IMG/VR virus record: IMGVR_UViG_3300027861_004723
From: an uncultured virus (IMG/VR IMGVR_UViG_3300027861_004723)
Taxonomy: Duplodnaviria > Heunggongvirae > Uroviricota > Caudoviricetes
Length of the DNA: 64,000 bases
Reading direction: 5' to 3' (one strand)
Shown here: positions 28,246-35,964 of the stretch, piece after piece
Numbering within the stretch: position 1 is the first letter of the stretch
Layout of the letters: the number at the start of each line of letters is the position of its first letter
Program-made: the position numbers and the translations under genes
The notes under the pieces: generated by a model
Databases searched by the model: none
Told to the model about the DNA's origin: nothing
Seen by the model: the letters and a program-made list of their open reading frames with translations, nothing else

Positions 28246-28511
28246 CTGAAAATACAAACAAAGATTATGTGCTAGTAGATGTATTCGGCGGCAATGGTGG
28301 ATGCCCACAACCCATGGGACCATTTACTTTTGATGAGGCTGATAGTCTTTTACGACAAGGTGCTGCCATTTGTGGTAGCTATCGGGCTACCACAGGATAT
28401 TGGAGTAGCCTTCCCTCATGGGTAGTTAGGGATGATCTCACCTGGGTAATGCAAAAACTAGATGATGATTTTAGCATTGTCCTCAACGAAGCAAGAGAAG
28501 AAAACCTTTAG
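28242..28511 (+). CDS. Hypothetical protein
   Basis: GTGA overlap with the previous gene. Confidence 0.6.
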   Translation: MTENTNKDYVLVDVFGGNGGCPQPMGPFTFDEADSLLRQGAAICGSYRATTGYWSSLPSWVVRDDLTWVMQKLDDDFSIVLNEAREENL

Positions 28512-28513
28512 CT

Positions 28514-28726
28514 ATGATAGAAGATTACCTCGATCAGCTTAAAAATCCCATAATACGAGACGGGGTTCCTCAAACAGGAACCGCTCTATGGGAGATTACA
28601 AAGTTGGTTGAGGCAGGCTTAGAATTCCCCGAAGACGAGATTCCATTTATCGAATCCCTTTATAAAAAGGGTCATTACGAACAAAAGTGGATGGCCAACG
28701 AATTGCTAGAATTACTAGGACATTAA
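28514..28726 (+). CDS. Hypothetical protein
   Basis: Tightly packed operon gene. Confidence 0.65.
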   Translation: MIEDYLDQLKNPIIRDGVPQTGTALWEITKLVEAGLEFPEDEIPFIESLYKKGHYEQKWMANELLELLGH

Positions 28727-28727
28727 T

Positions 28728-29087
28728 ATGAAACTATACCATATCATTGGCTGGGCAGATATTAATCCAGTAATCATCGCTAGTTCTGCTTTCGAAGCTG
28801 GTGAGAAATACATCAATAAATACGGACTCGATTTTGTTCCAATGCCCAGCACTACCAAAAATGACCCCAGAGATGTCGCTGGTTTTGGTGATCCAACAAC
28901 ATTCCCCAAAGAAGGCGACCCTCTAGTTAGCCAAGTGGTATTTGATGACATCTGCGGTTTCTTTGTGGAGCCTATTTGCCTTAAAGATCCAAAATGCGTA
29001 GAGTGCCGAGATGGGTTTAAGCTAGCATTCGAAGAAGATATCCAGCTAATAGCGCAGCTTCTTGAAAAGCAGGAAAGAACCCGATGA
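28728..29087 (+). CDS. Hypothetical protein
   Basis: AGGA SD; packed operon gene. Confidence 0.65.
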   Translation: MKLYHIIGWADINPVIIASSAFEAGEKYINKYGLDFVPMPSTTKNDPRDVAGFGDPTTFPKEGDPLVSQVVFDDICGFFVEPICLKDPKCVECRDGFKLAFEEDIQLIAQLLEKQERTR

Positions 29088-29323
29088 TACACAAATTTCC
29101 TAACCTACCTGAGACCGACAAAGCAGCTATCAAGAGATGGCTAGAAATCCAAAAACACGAATTCCTAGCCCAACACCATTCTTACTCTGCTTGCGGCAAC
29201 ATCAGCGAAGCAGATAAAACAAAACATTATGCGAGCTGTTTTGAATTCGTAAAAATGATGATTGATTATCATTCCGAGACGCCCCATCCCCCACAAAGTC
29301 CCGAAAATCAGAGGCTAGTATAA
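29084..29323 (+). CDS. Hypothetical protein
   Basis: ATGA overlap. Confidence 0.6.
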   Translation: MIHKFPNLPETDKAAIKRWLEIQKHEFLAQHHSYSACGNISEADKTKHYASCFEFVKMMIDYHSETPHPPQSPENQRLV

Positions 29324-29534
29324 AAGTCTTAATCATATGTCATTTAGTAGTAGTTCTACTAGCACTTCTTGTGTTGGGGGGTTTTTATTTACTGGGCAAA
29401 GCCTCTAAAGACCCGCATTGCGATAATTATACTAATCCATACAGTATAGCAGCTTGCTGCTCTTGCGGAACAGCCGCCCTTATAGTTTTGGGCTGTGTAT
29501 ACCTAGCAGTAGCCTCAATTTTTTAAGGAATATA

Positions 29535-30215
29535 ATGTTTAACCTTTTCGGACCACCAGACCATACAAAACAGATCCAGCAACTATACGAATTTCACTCA
29601 TGTTTTTCTATGGCTTTACTAGAAGTGCTCAAAGAAGGTAGCATTCTTACAGGAGACCAAGTAAATCTGGTTCTACAAAAAGAAGCAGAACTACTTAATG
29701 GGTTCACTAGAACAAGAATTCTTCATCGAGGATTGAGGGTGGAGAGCCCAGACAGTGCCCTTAACGAAGTGCAAAGCACGGCGAATACCACTAAAGCTTT
29801 GAATTTAATTCTAAATTTCAAACTAGAAGAGTTCCGTAAATTAGCCGATGAAGGACCGCACCCCGAAGCAGTTAAGAGGGAGGAGGGCTCATACAGAGAA
29901 ACTATAGCTAAGTGGCGCAAAACGCTGCCTTGTAAGCATGACTTCGAAAATTGGGGATCTAACGTTTGCCGTAACTGCAAGACAGAAGCTAAGAAGCTTC
30001 CTTTTATTAGACGGCGACTTTTCCTTTTGGATGAACTACAGCCCGCTGACCCGGGCTATGAAACTACTAGGCAGGAATGCCAGAAAATAAATGAGTGCTC
30101 CCACGAGATGGAAACCCCAATGTCCTTCTTCACTCAGCGCGTGGATGAATGTAAGCATTGTAAGACCCCACAGGACATAATCAACGAGATAAGTAAAAAG
30201 CTAGAAAAATCATGA
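29535..30215 (+). CDS. Hypothetical protein with two CxH...CxxC modules
   Basis: AAGGA SD before ATG 29535; CKHDF..CRNC and CSHEM..CKHC. Confidence 0.7.
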   Translation: MFNLFGPPDHTKQIQQLYEFHSCFSMALLEVLKEGSILTGDQVNLVLQKEAELLNGFTRTRILHRGLRVESPDSALNEVQSTANTTKALNLILNFKLEEFRKLADEGPHPEAVKREEGSYRETIAKWRKTLPCKHDFENWGSNVCRNCKTEAKKLPFIRRRLFLLDELQPADPGYETTRQECQKINECSHEMETPMSFFTQRVDECKHCKTPQDIINEISKKLEKS

Positions 30216-30400
30216 TAGACACTAGTTTCTCCGCTATATTACTGGGGTTCTTTTTTATCATATGTATGATCGGCTATCTACTCTTCGATATAACTGGCCT
30301 CGTTCTGGGAGCCCTTTTTTATCTATTTGGATGTGTGTATTCCGTTATTTGCTCTAAAAAGAAAATTGGAATATTCAAACCAAAGGATAAGTGGCGGTAA
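30212..30400 (+). CDS. Small membrane protein
   Basis: ATGA overlap; two hydrophobic helices. Confidence 0.6.
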   Translation: MIDTSFSAILLGFFFIICMIGYLLFDITGLVLGALFYLFGCVYSVICSKKKIGIFKPKDKWR

Positions 30401-30531
30401 AAATGATTACGAACTATCTAAAAAGGTACGACAGACCGGCTTGGGTGCCGAGTCCTAGTGTTCAGAGCCTACGAGGGACCCCTCTCGCAGGCTCTATTAA
30501 AAAAGCCCTGGATCAATGAAAGGATCATAAA

Positions 30532-31740
30532 ATGGCAGAGAAGTTTGAGCGTGGCAAGCCCCACGTAAATATTGGTACTATCGGGCACATCGCCCATGGA
30601 AAAACCACTCTTACTTCAGCTATCACTATTGTTTTAGCTGAGCATGGTAAGGCTGAAGCAAAATCTTATGAGGACATCGCAGGAAAGCGTGGTATCTTCC
30701 GAAAGGAAGGAGGCACTGGCGGGCAACGTATTGCTACTGTTACCGCTGACCATGTTGAGTATGAGACAGCAGGCCGTCATTATGCTCACGTTGACTGTCC
30801 TGGTCACGCCGACTATATCAAGAACATGATTACCGGCGCGGCTCAGATGGATGGGGGTATTCTGGTTGTCAGCGCTGTTGATGGCCCTATGCCCCAAACT
30901 CGTGAGCACATCTTGCTAGCCCGTCAGGTCGGTGTTCCGGCTCTGGTTGTTGCTATCAATATGGTTGACGCTGTCGATGACGAGGAGATGATTGAGTTGG
31001 TTGAGGAAGAGGTTAAGGAACTGCTTGATCTTTACCAATTCCCATCTGATGAGGTCCCCTTTGTTCGAGTTTCGGCTCTAGGTGCAGTCCAAGGTGACGC
31101 AGATGCCCAAGAGGGCATCCGCAAGCTAATGGCTGAGGTAGATCGTTACATCCCAACCCCAGACAGAGACACTGAGAAGAGTTTCTTGATGCCGGTTGAG
31201 AATGTTTGCGCTATTCCTGGTCGTGGAACAGTTGCTACCGGTCGAATCGAGCGAGGTATCCTTAACAAGGGCGACAAGCTTGAGTTGGTCGGCCTTAATG
31301 ATGAGCCTCTTGAGACAGTTTGCACTGGTATCGAGATGTTTCATAAGGAGCTAGAGCAAGGACTGCCTGGTGACAATGTTGGCCTCTTGCTGCGTGGCCT
31401 CAAGAATGATGACATTCAGCGTGGGCAGATTCTGGTCAAGCCGAAGAGCGTTACTCCTCATAAGAAGTTTACCGCTCAGGTCTACGTGCTAAAGAAGGAA
31501 GAGGGCGGGCGTCATACGCCTTTCTTCAGTGGCTACCAGCCACAATTCTTCTTCCGCACTACAGATGTAACCGGAAGCTTGTCCTTGATGGATGACATTC
31601 AAATGTGCTTGCCCGGTGACCATGTTACCGTGGAAGTAACCCTGCAGAAGCCAATTGCTCTTGAGGAGCAGCTACGCTTTGCAGTTCGTGAGGGCGGTAA
31701 AACCGTCGCAAGTGGTGCGGTTATCAGCGTACTTGACTAG
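30532..31740 (+). CDS. tuf: Elongation factor Tu, divergent
   Basis: [54 protein letters not shown]. Confidence 0.95.
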   Translation: MAEKFERGKPHVNIGTIGHIAHGKTTLTSAITIVLAEHGKAEAKSYEDIAGKRGIFRKEGGTGGQRIATVTADHVEYETAGRHYAHVDCPGHADYIKNMITGAAQMDGGILVVSAVDGPMPQTREHILLARQVGVPALVVAINMVDAVDDEEMIELVEEEVKELLDLYQFPSDEVPFVRVSALGAVQGDADAQEGIRKLMAEVDRYIPTPDRDTEKSFLMPVENVCAIPGRGTVATGRIERGILNKGDKLELVGLNDEPLETVCTGIEMFHKELEQGLPGDNVGLLLRGLKNDDIQRGQILVKPKSVTPHKKFTAQVYVLKKEEGGRHTPFFSGYQPQFFFRTTDVTGSLSLMDDIQMCLPGDHVTVEVTLQKPIALEEQLRFAVREGGKTVASGAVISVLD

Positions 31741-31779
31741 CCAAGTGTTATCGCAAAACCGGTAACGTCAACACCAATT

Positions 31780-31819
31780 AGAAAGCCCAGGGTCAAATCG
31801 ATTCCTGGGCTTTCTTTTT
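31780..31819. terminator. Bidirectional terminator between convergent genes
   Basis: agaaagcccagg...cctgggctttct with A/T flanks. Confidence 0.8.
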
Positions 31820-31835
31820 GTCTGGCAAGTATCCT

Positions 31836-34193
31836 TTAACGGTAGCGTCTTCGGCGGTTTCGTCTTCGCCTTCTACGTTTAAATATCTCGTCAGGCTGGG
31901 GAGGCATATCACTACTATAATCCTGGGAGTCAGCGCGGCCCTGGAGATCCCAGCGATCTCCCCTCCAATATCTATTTGCCTTAGCCAGAGTATTTTCTTT
32001 CCTCTCCGGCAGATCATTAAGTTGACTAGAGAGATAAACATTATCAATGTTTGTCATTCGATGATCCTGCTCTTCACTATCACGATAATAAGTATCAATG
32101 TAGCAATCAAAATTAGAGTATTTATCATCGATAGTTTGCATATATTTATATGCTTTATTCACTGTATCATAATCAACAGGCTTAACGCCAGAAGGCTCAT
32201 CACACCTTATTCTATAAAAACCAGATCTAGCAGGTATCGCTGATCTTCTAGGTGCCCGAATCTTCTTTTTGGGTATAACAATATCTAAGTGCTCATCTTG
32301 TAGTTTCCCGCATATAGTGCATGGAGTCAAAGTCGCATTTTTTGCACGACGACCTCTGGGGAACCTAAAGGCGTGTGGACGACTAGGATCTGACGCCCCG
32401 CCCCTAACTAATTCAGTGCGAGTAAGCCCCGGCAGGCCTCTGAGTTTTACCCCTCTGGCAATCCCAGAAAGCTTGGTATAGCCGCGCCCCGTCATGCCCA
32501 TATTGTGGGTCAGGCCATATGCAAAACTGTCGCCATGCCCAGAAATACCATCAACCATATGAGTTAATTCATGCACTACAACAGAATACATCCAATCAAG
32601 ATCCTTAGTTTTATTCGGATCATAAAATTCCATATTCTCTAAATCTATATGTGCGGAATAGTAATCTCGTTTAAATGCTTTTATAGGATTAAGCAATATC
32701 CAACCACCAAAGTCAGGTATTTCCGCCCGCGTCTTCGGGTCGGAGATAAACATGCCAAGAGCATCAGTACTAAAGCAGAAACCTACACCAAATTTCTTTG
32801 TGTTACCCATTAATATCAAACCCAATCGACAAAATTCTGCCCAGATCGTTAATAAGCGCATAACACTCTTAGTCATAGTTTGCGGCCAAAATTCTGCAGG
32901 GACTTCAAATCCTGAAGCCTCATTAAAAAGTATATAGTCCGGCTTCCATAACAGTTGCTGGGCAGCAGCTTGGACAACAGAACTAATATCACCTTCTTGG
33001 TTTTTAAGGGATTTTAGTAGCTCTGCTGTAGCGTCAATAGTCCCACTTTGCGCTGTTTGTGGCTTAGCCTGACCACTAGGAGGAAGCTCCGAAGGCTCAG
33101 ATTCCTTAGATCGTTGTTTATCTTCTTCTGCTGCATCTTGTATTCCCGCCTTGAAATCCTCGGAATCAAATGTATATTGAGGGCCATACTGTTTACGAAC
33201 TTCCTCAAATGATGCTTCTGATTTAAACCTATTTAGGGTATCCCCTATAAAGGTCTGCATGAAATGTCCCTGACCCTTCCTGGTCCACGCTGCTACGCTT
33301 TTAATCAAGCTGGTAGCGACTTGCTCTATCTGCCTTTCCAGACTTGCGTTTTCCAATTTATTCCTACTAGAGGAAAACGCCTCTAGAGATGGGAGTAGGA
33401 TGTCAAAAGTCAGAGTGCCTGGAATCTTATCTTCCATCCACATACGTTTGCTAAACATAAAGAGACGGGAATTGTTGTTAGGATTTACGTGCCTAACAAA
33501 TATAGTAGATTCCTCCCCTCCCTTTCGATGGGTAAATCTAAATTCACCCATATTTTCGACCGATTCTTCACGCTTTTCCCCCAGCAACTCAGCGGCTATT
33601 ATGCGGGGCTCAGGAGAATTATAATCGTAGACTGTAAACTCTACGTGTGGGATATATGAATTTTCTATAACATAAACAGCATTAGCAATCGTAAATGATC
33701 GAATATCATCTTTAGACATTACAACTTCTAGCAGCGTGCCTTGTAAAAAGGGATGATCGCCCGCAACAAAGTCCCAAGTTCTGACTTTACCTTCAGCTAT
33801 CATATCACGAGTAGTAACACGCCATCTTAACCACGGGAATAGTAGGAGCCCTTTGGCAACACCAAAACCACCAGTCCCTGCTACGGCGTCTTGCCCTACC
33901 TTGCCGGTTTCACCGTAACCAAAGAATTTATTAACGAGTATATGCTCAGACATTCCGGAGCCATTATCTAGAGCCCTAACTGTAAATGTCTCATCTCCAT
34001 TATCGGAAATAGATAGTTCAATTTTAGTAGCACCCGCGTCCACAGAGTTTTGAATAGCTTCTCGCCACCAGGACACGGCCCATGCCGTGCCATATTCTCT
34101 TTTAACGCCCTCAACAGCATAACGATCACTCATTTCGATAGTGGGGTTCCGCCTTCTTCTACTTCTACGCAAATTTCTCCTGTGATATTTCAT
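31836..34193 (-). CDS. GHKL (HATPase_c) ATPase with C-terminal HExxH motif and Arg-rich termini
   Basis: REAIQNSVDAGA, DNGSGM, GGFGVA; VVHELTH; TATAAT-6nt-ATG. Confidence 0.8.
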   Translation of the reverse strand: MKYHRRNLRRSRRRRNPTIEMSDRYAVEGVKREYGTAWAVSWWREAIQNSVDAGATKIELSISDNGDETFTVRALDNGSGMSEHILVNKFFGYGETGKVGQDAVAGTGGFGVAKGLLLFPWLRWRVTTRDMIAEGKVRTWDFVAGDHPFLQGTLLEVVMSKDDIRSFTIANAVYVIENSYIPHVEFTVYDYNSPEPRIIAAELLGEKREESVENMGEFRFTHRKGGEESTIFVRHVNPNNNSRLFMFSKRMWMEDKIPGTLTFDILLPSLEAFSSSRNKLENASLERQIEQVATSLIKSVAAWTRKGQGHFMQTFIGDTLNRFKSEASFEEVRKQYGPQYTFDSEDFKAGIQDAAEEDKQRSKESEPSELPPSGQAKPQTAQSGTIDATAELLKSLKNQEGDISSVVQAAAQQLLWKPDYILFNEASGFEVPAEFWPQTMTKSVMRLLTIWAEFCRLGLILMGNTKKFGVGFCFSTDALGMFISDPKTRAEIPDFGGWILLNPIKAFKRDYYSAHIDLENMEFYDPNKTKDLDWMYSVVVHELTHMVDGISGHGDSFAYGLTHNMGMTGRGYTKLSGIARGVKLRGLPGLTRTELVRGGASDPSRPHAFRFPRGRRAKNATLTPCTICGKLQDEHLDIVIPKKKIRAPRRSAIPARSGFYRIRCDEPSGVKPVDYDTVNKAYKYMQTIDDKYSNFDCYIDTYYRDSEEQDHRMTNIDNVYLSSQLNDLPERKENTLAKANRYWRGDRWDLQGRADSQDYSSDMPPQPDEIFKRRRRRRNRRRRYR

Positions 34194-34251
34194 GCTGTAA
34201 TTATAGCAATAAATACAGATTCCCTGGCCCTTTTTTTGCTAGTATCAAGGT

Positions 34252-34599
34252 ATGTTCAATCTAGGAGATCAAGTAAGAATTAAAGACGACTTCGAAGGAT
34301 CAATCACTGTATCTGAGTGGGGAGAAAAGGGTATTTCTGTAGAAAACTGCCTATTTGAAGTAGTAAGTTTTGAAGAATACCAGAAATGCCATCCTAATTT
34401 TGCTAAGCGTGTAAAAAAGGGCCCTACGGGAAAAGATGCTTTTCTAAAAAGACTATACCCTAAGCCAGATAGTAATGTCTTTGTTCTATACCCCTCAACT
34501 TCGTTAGGCTTGGTAGAAGAGGCAATCAAAGAATGCAAGTGTCCTATTAATAGATTATGGGCGGGTCGTGGCCACTACACTGGCTGTCCCGAAATTTAA
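34252..34599 (+). CDS. Hypothetical protein with variant CxC module
   Basis: TAGTAT-6nt-ATG; FNLGDQVRIK; ends CKCPINRLWAGRGHYTGC. Confidence 0.7.
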   Translation: MFNLGDQVRIKDDFEGSITVSEWGEKGISVENCLFEVVSFEEYQKCHPNFAKRVKKGPTGKDAFLKRLYPKPDSNVFVLYPSTSLGLVEEAIKECKCPINRLWAGRGHYTGCPEI

Positions 34600-34632
34600 C
34601 TATATAGCGACCCAATTTGCTATACTCAATAC

Positions 34633-34839
34633 ATGAAATTTAAGAATGGTTGGGCATCCCACAACAAACAATGGGATAAAATTAATATAAAACTGAGAAT
34701 CAGTTTTTTAACCTTGCTGGGCCTACATCTAGATTGGTCATCTAAAACATACTCCTTTACCTTGCTGAACCTTACTATCTGCAGCGACTCAATTCGTCCC
34801 TATAAGAGAAAAAACAAGGTAGATGCGTTAAATTCCTAA
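34633..34839 (+). CDS. Small hypothetical protein
   Basis: TTTGcTATACT-6nt-ATG. Confidence 0.65.
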   Translation: MKFKNGWASHNKQWDKINIKLRISFLTLLGLHLDWSSKTYSFTLLNLTICSDSIRPYKRKNKVDALNS

Positions 34840-34964
34840 CGTGGATTGTTTGACGTTTGCTGACACCCCAAAACAAAGGCCAGGCCCATAATTGCTGCAA
34901 TTCCAATAACCGCAGTGGCTTTGGTGTAAATCCCGTCACGAACTTGTTTGATTTTGTTGATCAT
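34836..34964 (-). CDS. 42-aa membrane or lipoprotein peptide (not in ORF track)
   Basis: AGGAG SD; MINKIKQVRDGIYTKATAVIGIAAIMGLAFVLGCQQTSNNPR. Confidence 0.55.
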   Translation of the reverse strand: MINKIKQVRDGIYTKATAVIGIAAIMGLAFVLGCQQTSNNPR

Positions 34965-35003
34965 AATTGATAGCTCCTCTATAGGCTAAGCAACTACTAT
35001 ACC

Positions 35004-35041
35004 AAAGAAAATCCTCGGGAATACCTGAGGATTTTTCTTTT
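35004..35041 (-). terminator. Rho-independent terminator
   Basis: aaaatcctc...gaggatttt hairpin downstream of 35059..35571. Confidence 0.7.
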
Positions 35042-35058
35042 CTACTGTTGATCGTGGT

Positions 35059-35571
35059 TTAGGTAAGGAAAAGACCCGCAGCTAGAGCCGCCAAAGCAGC
35101 TGCTTTCCCTGCAGTAAATCCAGTACGAGGCCGCATATTAGGCTGTCCCGGTCTAGGTCCCATAGGACCCCTGGCTAGCCGTGGTCCGAAGAACGGCAGG
35201 GCCATGAAGGGCGGAGCAACTTGTGGCACAGCGGCAGCGTCAACTGGCGGTAGTGTGTCCACTGGAGGCGGAGGAGGCATATCCATAGGGGGTGGTGGTA
35301 TCAAATCCATGGGAGGAGATAGTAAAGGCAGCCCCTTAGCTTTCGCCACAGCCTTTGCCACAGCTTTAGGCCGTATAAGAGGAGCTACCGTAGGAAGACC
35401 TTTAGCTGCCCTTCTTTTGACTCGCCTAGCCTTTTTGACTGCTCTTCTCTTAGCTCTTCTTTTAGCTTTTCTTTTAGGTCTGCGCTTTTTGCCACCTTTA
35501 CCGAAAGCTCCTAGTCCGTGAAATCCGGCTAGACCGCCATAACTACCTAATGATTCTGCTTCATAACTCAT
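35059..35571 (-). CDS. Arg/Lys-rich, Pro-rich protein with Gly-rich leader and C-terminal hydrophobic anchor
   Basis: CATAAT-6nt-ATG; LGSYGGLAGFHGLGAFG then KKRRPKRKAKRRAKRR. Confidence 0.75.
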   Translation of the reverse strand: MSYEAESLGSYGGLAGFHGLGAFGKGGKKRRPKRKAKRRAKRRAVKKARRVKRRAAKGLPTVAPLIRPKAVAKAVAKAKGLPLLSPPMDLIPPPPMDMPPPPPVDTLPPVDAAAVPQVAPPFMALPFFGPRLARGPMGPRPGQPNMRPRTGFTAGKAAALAALAAGLFLT

Positions 35572-35618
35572 AACATCATTATGGCAAATTTTAGATACTT
35601 TCTCTATTAATTAATTAA

Positions 35619-35834
35619 TCAGGAAATTAAGAAACACAAAGTGCCCAAGCACAGCAATCCCGGAATCGCGTATTTCACAGAATTAGGTGCTTCACAAGGA
35701 ATGGGGGTATTCGCATCCCAGGGCGTATGTCTATGCCAACCGTAAACTGGATGCCAAACTGGATCCAAGTGATGATCCTTCGGATCATCAAGTTTGTGGG
35801 CTCAGCCGCTTGGTTTTGGGGTGAGGTGTCTCAT
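35619..35834 (-). pseudogene. 71-codon ORF interrupted by an in-frame TGA at codon 11 (readthrough candidate or nonsense mutant)
   Basis: TATACT-6nt-ATG; MRHLTPKPSG*AHKLDDPKDHHLDPVWHPVYGWHRHTPW...YAIPGLLCLGTLCFLIS*. Confidence 0.55.
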
Positions 35835-35884
35835 ACGTTTAGTATATCATTTTATTGTGCTACATCAACTATTTTCATCCAGCT

Positions 35885-35922
35885 TTGGTATGCAATTTAG
35901 CAAGTTGGTATGCAATTTAGCA
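35885..35922. repeat. 18-bp perfect direct repeat, 20-bp period
   Basis: ttggtatgcaatttagca at 35885 and 35905. Confidence 0.9.
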
Positions 35923-35964
35923 TCGCTTTGATTAATTTTTAATCGTATTTGATATAATCACATT

